62,720 nucleotides of DNA from an uncultured archaeon (lineage in GTDB: Archaea; Altiarchaeota; Altiarchaeia; JAFGQM01): assembly GCA_964619365.1 (NCBI GenBank), contig CAZUDQ010000005.1, positions 1 through 62,720 of the forward strand, written 5' to 3'. Below, piece after piece: positions 9,001 through 15,399 of this stretch. Positions within the stretch are counted from its first letter, which is position 1, and the number at the start of each line of letters is the position of its first letter. The position numbers and the translations under genes were made by a program. The notes under the pieces are model-generated. The model searched no databases. It was given only the letters and a program-made list of their open reading frames with translations, and was not told the origin of the DNA.

Positions 9001-11851
9001 AGGTTTGATTTTGCGTCCATGTGGTATCTGTTGTTATTGTTAAGTTGCCGCCCGTATCCAGACAGTTTGGATATGGTATATACTCTATTGTAACGTTCCA
9101 GTGTTCTGTTTCGTTGCTGATACTTGGGTCACTTGAAAGGTTTGCAAATGCGAAGAATTCGTAAGTTGAATTGATGTCCCCTGTTGCATTAACACTCCAA
9201 GTGACGTTTTGGCACTGGCTTGCGTTAAGGTTTATAGTTTGAGGATTATCTGAGGTTGTATAAAACGGTGTTGCTCCGATTGTTGTGTTTATTAATCCTG
9301 TTTTTCCTGTTGCTGTAACTGTTGGAACTGGTGAGGAACCAGCTTTAACAGTCCAGGTAGTACATAAATCTGGCGTATCTACTTCGGGCTGCCCATAATA
9401 CATAAGACCTGCAAGAGAAGCTGTATCTCTCCGAATCTCCCAGTCCCACGAACCAGTCCAGTGTATAAGATAACCACTATCGTCATGGAGATAAAGAGGT
9501 TTTCCATAATAGGTTCCACTTTCAGTATAATGTCCATTAGCTGCTGCTGTTCCAGCTCCCGCAACTGTTATTCCATATTCGGGTGTTGGGTCTAAGGAAA
9601 CATTGATTTCGCCGCAGTTTGCATCAAGACAACAGACTTCTGTTGTCACATTGAAGAACTCGTTTTGTGTTGCGTTAAGATCGCCTGTGGGTGTTACTAA
9701 AGATATATTCACCCTCGGATTTGAGGGACTTGATGATGAAAACCCTTGTAAGTCTGGATAATTTGTCCCGTTGTTTGAATCATTCCAGGTGCTTGTGAAG
9801 TCCCAGGACTCTTCGGGCGAGTTTGAATAATTAAAGAAATAAGATATCGAAGTCTCAGCAGTGCAGCTAACTGGGGTCCCGTCCTTTATACATACATCTG
9901 GGTTACTAGCAGAGTTTAGCCAATATGCACCAATAATCTGTGCGCCAGAATCTATATAACCTGCTACAGCTCCTTTGTGAATAGATGTACACGAGATATT
10001 TGAAACAGTAAAGATATCTTTCATAGCCCAGCCACCATTGTTGCCACTTACTCCGCCGGCAACCCCACCTATATAATAATAGCCCGAGTTGAGTACTATT
10101 TTCCCTATGTTGTATACATTAGTCAGTCTACTGTTAAGGAGACGCCCTACAATACCTCCAATATTGCCATCATCCCCAAGACCTGTAAGATTGCCCGTAA
10201 AATAAATGTTTTCGGCATAAGCTCCTTCTAAATGACCTATAACACCGCCGAGGTTTGCTCCGTCATACGAATTAATATCTGCGTTTTCTACAAATACCCG
10301 GTTAACTGCGCCGTTATCGATGCGTCCTGCAAGTGCTCCAGTATATCCCTGACCATTAACAAAGGGACTACTAAGACCTAGGTCATAAACACTAAATCCA
10401 GTACTGGCATATCCAAATAATCCCTGATAGTCTTCATCATAATCATCTATCGTTAAATTAATAATAGTATGCCCACTACCGTTTAACTCTCCAGTAAATT
10501 TCGTTGAACTGCTTCCAATCGGACTAAATCCATCGGCATCATTCCATCTTTTTGAATCATTACAGTCAATGTTGTTTTCTAATCTGTAATATGCATCCAA
10601 ATCATCTTCCATAGTTTGTAAGCCACTGCAATTAACGAGTAAATATGGATTTTCACTTGTACCATTACCACTCAAGGTTGGATTGCCTGGTGGCGTTAAT
10701 CCGGGTTGCCTTAAAGTTGTAAAAGAAGCACTGTGTTCTTCCCAGACATAATCGCGATCAAACCCGATTAGGGGAGAATTATTCATGTTATAAAAATAGC
10801 TTTGGTTGGTTTTAGCTGTGCAGCTAACTGGGGTCCCATCTTTTACACATACATCTGGATTACTGGCAGAATTTAACCAGTATGTACGAAGAATACGTGC
10901 ATCAGAATCTATATAACCCGCTACAGCTCCTTTGTGAATAGATGTACACGAGATATTTGAAACAGTAAAGACATTTTTCATAGCCCGACCACCATTATTG
11001 CCACTTACTCCGCCGGCAACCCCCCCTATATAGTAATAACCCCCGTTTAATGTTATTCTTCCTATATTATACGCATTAGTCAGTCCACTGTTAAGCAATC
11101 GCCCTACAATACCTCCAATATTGCCATCAGCCCCAAGACCAGTCAGATTACCTGTAAAATAAATGTTTTCGGCAGAACTACCTTCTAAATGACCGATAAA
11201 ACCGCCGATGTTGGCTCCACTGGGTGAATTGACATCACCGTTTTCTACAAATACTCTGTTAACGGCACCGTTATCAATGCGTCCTGCAAGTGCCCCAGTA
11301 TATGCTTTACCATTAACAAACGGGTTGATAATGCCTAGATCGTAAACACTAAATCCAGTACTGGCATATCCAAATAATCCCACATAATCCTCAGTTGAGC
11401 GGTTTATGTAAAGAGCCGCTATTGTGTAACCCGAACCATTAATTGTTCCTGTGAATTTATTACTGTTATCGCCAATAGGGTCCAATCCGATTCCTGTTGT
11501 ATAATACGCGTCACAAAACGAGAAGTCAATATCGTTTTGGAGTTCGTAATCCCATGAAAGCTGGGTTCGCGTTAAATTTAAGTCATCACATGAGCAGATT
11601 GGATGTGGGCTTGTTCCTGCGTCCCAGCAGTCTGTTACCGAGTCGCCCATGAGGCCTGAAACGGGTTCTGTTTCATTCCCGGTTTCGTTTGACTCTGGAG
11701 GTGTGACAAAGTACTCATAAAGCTCGTCGTCACCCACGGCGGCACCTGATAAAGAAAACACGGTTAGGACTACAATTAGGAATGCTAATAACGATAATAC
11801 TAAATAGGCTTTTTTCTGCCGAGTTCCAGATATGATTTGGGCTTCCCCCAT
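1..11851 (-). CDS. Giant secreted/surface adhesin-like protein (>3,950 aa, 3' end outside window) with GLUG repeats, two LamG-like domains, a DUF2341-like domain, Gly-rich modules and Ig-like domains
   Basis: ATG at 11851 gives MGEAQIISGTRQKKAYLVLSLLAFLIVVLTVFSLSGAA (basic then hydrophobic signal). The same frame reads ...GNANIT at the left edge. The ORF track lists no ORF in this frame, consistent with no stop before the edge. Motifs: GGLVG/GGLIG repeats, WHHIVGTWD..FNGSIDEVRVYN, DIRFVD..LPYWIE, many N-x-S/T sequons. Confidence 0.93.
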   Translation of the reverse strand, partial: MGEAQIISGTRQKKAYLVLSLLAFLIVVLTVFSLSGAAVGDDELYEYFVTPPESNETGNETEPVSGLMGDSVTDCWDAGTSPHPICSCDDLNLTRTQLSWDYELQNDIDFSFCDAYYTTGIGLDPIGDNSNKFTGTINGSGYTIAALYINRSTEDYVGLFGYASTGFSVYDLGIINPFVNGKAYTGALAGRIDNGAVNRVFVENGDVNSPSGANIGGFIGHLEGSSAENIYFTGNLTGLGADGNIGGIVGRLLNSGLTNAYNIGRITLNGGYYYIGGVAGGVSGNNGGRAMKNVFTVSNISCTSIHKGAVAGYIDSDARILRTYWLNSASNPDVCVKDGTPVSCTAKTNQSYFYNMNNSPLIGFDRDYVWEEHSASFTTLRQPGLTPPGNPTLSGNGTSENPYLLVNCSGLQTMEDDLDAYYRLENNIDCNDSKRWNDADGFSPIGSSSTKFTGELNGSGHTIINLTIDDYDEDYQGLFGYASTGFSVYDLGLSSPFVNGQGYTGALAGRIDNGAVNRVFVENADINSYDGANLGGVIGHLEGAYAENIYFTGNLTGLGDDGNIGGIVGRLLNSRLTNVYNIGKIVLNSGYYYIGGVAGGVSGNNGGWAMKDIFTVSNISCTSIHKGAVAGYIDSGAQIIGAYWLNSASNPDVCIKDGTPVSCTAETSISYFFNYSNSPEESWDFTSTWNDSNNGTNYPDLQGFSSSSPSNPRVNISLVTPTGDLNATQNEFFNVTTEVCCLDANCGEINVSLDPTPEYGITVAGAGTAAANGHYTESGTYYGKPLYLHDDSGYLIHWTGSWDWEIRRDTASLAGLMYYGQPEVDTPDLCTTWTVKAGSSPVPTVTATGKTGLINTTIGATPFYTTSDNPQTINLNASQCQNVTWSVNATGDINSTYEFFAFANLSSDPSISNETEHWNVTIEYIPYPNCLDTGGNLTITTDTTWTQNQTCDVVTITNNAVLTFDSATAGNNSIALTANVLTIDTGASISADGKGYSGGASRTAGSGPGAGGGGMYSGGGGGHGGSGGHGGHSSGGVGGIIYGSSLAPTTLGSGGGGGCDYAGGAGGGAIFLDITNVLTLDGKITADGVDGRSTSRATGGGSGGSIYVITDVLTGGGDFSADAGNGGSATLYGGGGGAGGRIAVYYNSSTLTNPQSSSVTKGSVAGGSYPASPGNTGTLIFVDESKNSAEIYGGFRFQGTSGIANESVNTTFFNTNDPSNWNFSNLTIMNADNVIEAVSNLSISVENNLNLTNSSWSSDIIDFNLGAMAVKDSSLSASERIVNSISIQLDSDIVLNNSHFYGNSNITATNLVLDSDSTISADGKGYSGGASRTAGSGPGAGGGSSYSGGGAGHGGAGGKGGHSGGGYAGVVYDSSLAPTILGSGGGGGFDYPGGAGGGAISLNITDVLTLDGSITADGVDGRSTSRASGAGSGGSIYVITDVLAGSGDFSADAGNGGSATLYGGGGGAGGRIAVYYNTSTLTSPQSSSVTKGSVAGGSYPASPGDTGTLIFVDQNKNSAQIYGGFRFQGTTGIANESVNTTFFNTNNPSDWSFSNLSVINADNIVGAINPLDILVSDTAYLSNFTWTNPGIDAIIKGDGDSLVLINNSFTDTNLNYNNTRLTIEQEFGTIAWLETLYELANLSLNADISLNHTFVDSIDLPGLNESSNITLRNLTFNYTPIIQKDINDNGTFVVCESPVCNVLSYNNSTGTFRFNVTGFTTYEVTEGLPPFQINFTLPTPDNGATVGASLLNLNATINGSNLAYATLNWNGTTCTYYANQTCDCGHGDACPARDYSNSEISDLVFNLNFDDPSLMTKNLANFSHEVLNIGPGAWNARGKFGGAIEFNGTNYLRSTNMMNASTNSMSLWFRPAGELNGTYPAYTQVFISQYHRYYMRYQSGQLTYGAHDMGTLLQYPINFEANVWHHIVGTWDAPNQIARFYLDGVEVVNNPSISSSPINFYGTNFGIGCSADTFGYRFNGSIDEVRVYNKVLSVDEIKDLYYGQLRNLSDTIWSFYEAKTNLSNGVYSYYLTAVDNFDASAQSETRNVTIAIPAFSIDFVNTSNKRVNQYENLNLTLNLTCILNNCSSVNVSLNYHSGAPLECDPANAVCTMDCDNIYEPGYKSWEGQWYYGSSGANKYCYGGESYVYNDAYCDEQGVAGINGPCSVTGFDVQYLCPSRERLGRTVYSFDCITYDPWGMGGGTFFSTVVNLSSPFFTYSSDLMNDSASATPFVINSSNPFVFSLGEGGETKIIPLHANVTGGVLETYSVFSEANLLADSSISNTSSVFNVTIVENKSPEIEFVPPTPDNDSAQTNTSVEINLSVIEEYLANITFDWNGTNYSLFDESLVLMYNFDNVAALGENLTHVVDMSGHGNDGTVEGATWNATAGVYGGAYEFNGINNRIVIPDNDNLGLVNSYSIFLWVKKARNPSTGTYASIISQSGGGDRRTYLIVSDDGSLYRWSGFDTGYTIDNDVWHSMVYTWDGSTERIYMDNNFTAQRTGSVPAWGSDIWTIGCSYNYNYFNGTIDEVRIYNRTLNPDEVLLLYRSNLKKCNETNWNFYANESNLSRGNYTYSATVFDTSGNSNSTGTRYLEIIGTFLNIIVNNFALEQNMTINQTNEVSVEVCCLEIDCGEINVSLDPASDCTDYGGDAGNGMCVNQDAGYYLIHNCTGLENIASVSYSASYRLLHDIDCSMTGDWHSGAGFDPIGAYSSGKFIGVFDGYNYTIDGLYINRPTEDHIALFAYAWSAAQFRNVGLTNVNITGDGYVAGLLGYGQAIVQNVYSTGNVTGTSDMVGGLVARSISSSSILEDCYSTAKVIGAIRVGGLLGSNEGSGGVLNSYATGNTSGDERVGGLVGSSSENIVNSHATGTVTGGSYVGGLVGKLSYDPIVSNCYATGAVTGENGVGGLVGNSNTDWLSPSAKSQILGSYATGRVTGGNNTGGLIGNGVNSRVNNSYARGQVSGVTAVAGLVGNNSHIIENSYSTGHVSGTNDIGGLVGINVGTCTESFWDTQSSAQSSSACGVGKTTAQMKSESTFTTAGWDFSTIWNISEELNDEYPYLLNNLPVPPSWVKGGLIPYGSGSPFYTTSANPQTIELNMSQCQNVTWQVVPNATAGSTYEFFAYADLLSDSSATVETRHWNVTILEAVTPPHIEFVLPTPPNDTNTTNTSVEINVTSNENLSDCVLSWTTGGTPYTDWWNDSFAHRQKINLSVASGSTEQDYQTNIILNSSNVGTNFNWSRNCNDIRFVDDSNTTQLPYWIENCSSSGENASIWAKVDDNITTATSYIYMYYGNDNATSESNENATFDFFGRPAIDRDNTDTGDLGRIANAKDEITFDGRVMGWRAYFGSSGSNFKIYVFPTIGTSQIQTSESFTVSTGYNAGTLATELPISTNQYFGWYQNGGRVKYGGGDTDETYLYDYYLGHWFSRAYSVNVKVRKYSSPEPTFTLESEESSHETTNYSMQIHNLDNNTWANYTVINLTDETNYIYYVRCNDTSGNANVTELRTLTVDAPCPNGMDGLGTANDPCIINTVADLSSARECLHCDYDLNASLDLSSASNWTPIGNCTGSCYDETNDFPFTGTFDGAGHTLSDLTIDREEDNQGLFGNLYSHNGSGNITNLSIENAEVIGATYVGALVGNAYGATISHITAEANATGVGNIGVLAGQAGGTTLSYIITSGDVSASNNAGGVAGDGADSEITHSSSSASVSATHYAGGIYAIGDRANITDVNSSTITETTSGGIDVESYSGGIVSYAVDVKITNCNTLGRMSGSGIIGGLAGYLQGGSVSSCYSQSELVSGGPDTGGLIGIAIGTTIEECESRAAVTGVDGTGGLIGNASGATITECISSANVSGGINVGGMVGEAQGTTIENSYALGNVLGANTLGGIVGRAENCELTNVYSAANVLGASAIGGIAGNASGTITDAYSAAFVFFTSSGAGILGGGNANIT
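7160..8885 (-). repeat. Intragenic duplication of the Gly-rich module (about 8150-8885 and 7160-7895, offset 990 bp)
   Basis: Near-identical DNA, e.g. ggaataacctttcccgtctgctga at 8861 and 7871, and ctggatatgaaccacctgcaacgcttccct at 8341 and 7351. Confidence 0.9.
9855..11385 (-). repeat. Intragenic duplication of the N-terminal GLUG-like module (about 10815-11385 and 9855-10425, offset 957 bp)
   Basis: Near-identical DNA, e.g. ctggcatatccaaataatcc at 11361 and 10404, and gtgcagctaactggggtccc at 10818 and 9861. Confidence 0.9.
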
Positions 11852-11873
11852 ACTACGGAATATAACACCCTAA

Positions 11874-11890
11874 AGTATTAAAATGTTTCA
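11874..11890 (-). promoter_or_regulatory. Putative BRE/TATA promoter of the giant gene (probably leaderless mRNA)
   Basis: Minus strand reads GAAACATTTTAATA, with TTTTAATA 25-32 nt upstream of the ATG, the typical archaeal leaderless spacing. Confidence 0.45.
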
Positions 11891-12153
11891 TATCAGAACT
11901 TTTTTATTTTAAGGATGGGATAGCCTTGTCCTAAAGGGAGATAAGAGGATATACTCGCATACCCGATTGTTGATACTGCAAGAGTTTTTTGTAGCATAAA
12001 CGATCTGTTTTATATTAGGGGAAGTATGGGGGGTCTTGGCTAATTCATACTATCAAAGTATAACTATATCTTAGTAAGCTTCTCATGACGGCTTTTTATT
12101 GGTCGTCGTGATTATTTAGTTGAAAATAAGCACTTGTGGCTTTTACTTGTAAA

Positions 12154-13167
12154 ATGGTTGTACGAATCGGTATAAACGGCTTTGGAAGGACGGGGAGACT
12201 TGCTATGCGCGCGGCCCTTGGGCGTAAAGATGTAGAAGTTGTGATGGTTAACACTAGGACTGCAGACCCAGAGCAAATGGCATACCTTCTAAAATATGAT
12301 TCTGTGCACGGAATTCTTCCTGACGAGGTAAAGGCTGGAGATGGCTGCTTTTATGTCGGCGGCAAAAAAGTCATTCTTAATGGAGAGGCTGGAGAGCTTT
12401 CAAATATACCCTGGGGTGAAAACAAGGTTGATGTTGTTATTGAATCCACTGGCAAATTTAAAACTGGTCCGACGACACGTGGCCACCTTGAGGGGGGGGC
12501 AAAAAAGGTGATAATTTCGGCGCCTGGGAAGGAACTTGATAATACTATTGTCCTTGGAGTCAATGAGGATACTTACACGCCTGAGCAAAATATTGTTTCA
12601 AACGCATCATGCACGACAAACTGCCTTGCTCCTGTTGCAAAAGTCTTAAACGACGCTTTTGGAATTGAAAAGGGCTTTGCAACAACGATACATTCCTATA
12701 CTGGCGACCAGAGACTTCTTGATGGCTCGCACAAAAAGGACCTTAGACGAGCGCGCTCCGCGGCAATGTCAATGATTCCGACGTCAACTGGGGCGGCTAA
12801 AGCAACATGCCTAGTCATCCCGGAACTTAAAGGTAAACTTGACGGGGTTGCAATACGCGTTCCAACGCCGGATGTATCTATTGTTGACTTGGCCGCAAAA
12901 TTAACTAAGGAAACAACGGCTGAAGAGATCAATGCGACATTTAAGAGAGTCTCTGAAGGGAAACTTGCAGGGATAATCGCTTATTCGAAGGAGCCACTAG
13001 TTTCAGTGGATTACGTTTCAACGCCATACTCTGCGATAATCGATTCACAGCTAACTAGCGTTACTGGTGGAGACCTTGCAAAGGTATTTGCATGGTATGA
13101 CAACGAGATGGGCTACTCGACAAGACTCGTTGACCTCGCAACGTTCATGGCCAAAAAAGGTCTTTAA
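12154..13167 (+). CDS. gap: Glyceraldehyde-3-phosphate dehydrogenase, class I (bacterial type)
   Basis: GINGFGRTGR Rossmann motif, catalytic ASCTTNCL, WYDNEMGYS. The ATG at 12154 is preferred to the upstream GTG. Confidence 0.97.
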   Translation: MVVRIGINGFGRTGRLAMRAALGRKDVEVVMVNTRTADPEQMAYLLKYDSVHGILPDEVKAGDGCFYVGGKKVILNGEAGELSNIPWGENKVDVVIESTGKFKTGPTTRGHLEGGAKKVIISAPGKELDNTIVLGVNEDTYTPEQNIVSNASCTTNCLAPVAKVLNDAFGIEKGFATTIHSYTGDQRLLDGSHKKDLRRARSAAMSMIPTSTGAAKATCLVIPELKGKLDGVAIRVPTPDVSIVDLAAKLTKETTAEEINATFKRVSEGKLAGIIAYSKEPLVSVDYVSTPYSAIIDSQLTSVTGGDLAKVFAWYDNEMGYSTRLVDLATFMAKKGL

Positions 13168-13172
13168 GTCTA

Positions 13173-13943
13173 ATGATAGATTCACACTGTCACCTGAACT
13201 TTAGGAGTAAGTCTGAACTTTCTGCACTTGGTAAAGCAGGATACAAAGGTGCTGTGACTTGTGCGTATTTTCCTTTTTCTCCAAGTGGTCCAGCAACACT
13301 TATCGACCATTTTGAGCTTCTCCTTAGACGCTACTGTGATGATTTCTCGGGATTACAAGTGCGCTGCGCTTTAGGAATCCACCCGCGCTCAATTCCCAAA
13401 TGGGGCACTGAAGAAGTACTTGGAAAGCTTCCGGAGTTCCTTAGACAAGAAAAATGTGTGGCACTTGGAGAAGTTGGTCTTGAAACTGGAAGTGGAGAAG
13501 AAGTTGCGATACTTGCCGAGCAGCTTGATATCGCCACAAAAGAAAAAAAGCCTGTTGTAATGCACACGCCCCGCAAGAACAAACTTGAAGTCTTCAAGAA
13601 AGAAATTGATGCCATTTCTTCCTCAGATATCACTCCGGAAATGATAATTGCCGACCACATGGATTCAAGTACAATAGAACTTGCAATCAAGAATGGATTT
13701 AATGTGGGAGTAAGCGTAAATGAAGGGAAATTAAGTTCTAAGGAAGTGTTAGACTTACTTAAGGAAAACTATTCGTTGATTCAAGAATCGGACACCCGAG
13801 TCTTGCTAAATACAGACCTCGCATTTAGCTGCCAGAACCTTTTTGTCCTAAGGGACGCAATCTCAGAGCTAAAAGAGGCGGTTGACACAGATTTTATCGA
13901 GGCAATTTCCTACAAAAACGCAAGTGATATTTTTAACTTTTAA
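13173..13943 (+). CDS. TatD-family amidohydrolase/nuclease
   Basis: MIDSHCH, GIHP, ALGEVGL, MHTPRKNK, DH and NTD metal-ligand motifs. Confidence 0.85.
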   Translation: MIDSHCHLNFRSKSELSALGKAGYKGAVTCAYFPFSPSGPATLIDHFELLLRRYCDDFSGLQVRCALGIHPRSIPKWGTEEVLGKLPEFLRQEKCVALGEVGLETGSGEEVAILAEQLDIATKEKKPVVMHTPRKNKLEVFKKEIDAISSSDITPEMIIADHMDSSTIELAIKNGFNVGVSVNEGKLSSKEVLDLLKENYSLIQESDTRVLLNTDLAFSCQNLFVLRDAISELKEAVDTDFIEAISYKNASDIFNF

Positions 13944-13964
13944 TAAGTTAATATATCACTAGAA

Positions 13965-14669
13965 ATGAGCCCGCCGGCAAGAAAACCCAGAGCTAAGCAA
14001 GCTAAAGTCTCGCCAACAAAGACAATTGAATCTGTGCAAAGACCGAACGTAGAGCATATGTGGCTAAAAACTCGAGGACGATTAGACCGTATTGACAAAC
14101 ATTCCAAACAGCATACAGTAGTAGAAGACATAGGTCAAAAGAAGGCTATACTAAGAGAATTGGGCTTGCGAAATTATGCCACATTACACACTCACATTAT
14201 AAATCCTGAGATGAACTTGGATAGGAATCTCTCTGTGCGTGCTATGGGATTTAAGAATATGGACCGGACGTTTACACCAAATCTCCCGTCTTCTTCGGAT
14301 TTTAGAGATCTTCTCCAGAATTTTGGTGAAAGAACAAGCATAATCGCACAGACTCACCCAGAAACAGGAGAGGCTGCAGGTTTTTACTTCCTTAGAAAAA
14401 CTAAAAAAAGCCCCAGAATTCCTATAATGAGTAGGGGTAGTAAATCATCTATGATAAGGAGCATTGGTTACGAGACTCATCCTCAGGTCCGAAAAGTAAC
14501 TTCAGCAACCCAGGAGTACAATAACCGTTTAGAAAGATACTGGGAAATGGGCGACGCAGAGCGTTTTAAAGTTTTTGGGGACACACTTGATTCCCTTAAA
14601 TTACAGTTTAAAGCAAAACCAAGAAAAGGTTATAAGCATGTTCCAGGCCTTGGATTTGTCAAGAAATAA
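13965..14669 (+). CDS. Basic hypothetical protein with JAB/MPN+-like motif (paralogue 1)
   Basis: E...HTH...PSSSD; clearly homologous to the next ORF. Confidence 0.65.
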   Translation: MSPPARKPRAKQAKVSPTKTIESVQRPNVEHMWLKTRGRLDRIDKHSKQHTVVEDIGQKKAILRELGLRNYATLHTHIINPEMNLDRNLSVRAMGFKNMDRTFTPNLPSSSDFRDLLQNFGERTSIIAQTHPETGEAAGFYFLRKTKKSPRIPIMSRGSKSSMIRSIGYETHPQVRKVTSATQEYNNRLERYWEMGDAERFKVFGDTLDSLKLQFKAKPRKGYKHVPGLGFVKK

Positions 14670-14671
14670 AG

Positions 14672-15334
14672 ATGAGCCCTGCTCCAAAAAGCCATAAACC
14701 TGTTAAACGCACGCCGACAAAGCGTATTGAAAGCGTAAAGGATCCACATCTTGAAAGTGTTCACCTAAAATTTTCAGGGGAGCTCTTTGGCGTTAGCGCA
14801 AAGAGGGGACGTAGTGGTGTTAATGTAAATAAAAAAAAAGTAGATAAACTTGTCAATCAGCGTAGGATAGGAAAATCCATTTGGGATGCGACAGGGTATT
14901 CGACAGTACATACACACCCTCTAAAAGAAAGGATTGTGGATGATTTAGGTACTAAAAGACAAAATCCCACGTTACCATCCTCAGAAGACATAAACGAGTT
15001 CATGAATGATTTTGGTAGTCGATCGATGATTATTGCCCAAACGCACCCTAAATCCGGAAAAGTCGCAGGCTACTATTTTCTTAGAAAAACCTATGCTAGG
15101 CCAAAAGTTGTTATGCCTGAACACCCAACTCGTAGTTATATTGATATCGGTTTGGATGATTACAGACAGATTGAGGCTAGAGGGGGCAACGCAAGTAACT
15201 TAGAAAGAGAAGAATCCTTAAGAAAAGTAGCTGATAATCTTGGAATTCACCTAAGGACTGTTGTCAATAAGAAAGCAGGAACCTCTTTTGTCTATAAACC
15301 CGGCCGAGGTTTTGTCAGGACAGAGAGCAAGTGA
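14672..15334 (+). CDS. Basic hypothetical protein with JAB/MPN+-like motif (paralogue 2)
   Basis: E...HTHP...PSSED; shares IIAQTHPxxGxxAGxYFLRKT and PGxGFV with the previous ORF. Confidence 0.65.
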   Translation: MSPAPKSHKPVKRTPTKRIESVKDPHLESVHLKFSGELFGVSAKRGRSGVNVNKKKVDKLVNQRRIGKSIWDATGYSTVHTHPLKERIVDDLGTKRQNPTLPSSEDINEFMNDFGSRSMIIAQTHPKSGKVAGYYFLRKTYARPKVVMPEHPTRSYIDIGLDDYRQIEARGGNASNLEREESLRKVADNLGIHLRTVVNKKAGTSFVYKPGRGFVRTESK

Positions 15335-15399
15335 CCATCGCCCACTAGACTAATCTCCTTTTTTATTAATCCCCTCAAATTAAGCCTGCTACTTGGGGA

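Noticed and set aside
124-9564. Short ORFs listed by the track in the first 10 kb
   Set aside because: They are antisense or out-of-frame shadows of the single giant minus-strand CDS.
7160-11385. Duplicated segments as a diversity-generating retroelement TR/VR pair
   Set aside because: The differences I inspected are not adenine-specific, both copies are long in-frame modules, and no reverse transcriptase is in the window.
12083-12111. Imperfect hairpin upstream of gap as a regulatory RNA
   Set aside because: The stem is short with several G-U pairs and cannot be distinguished from chance.
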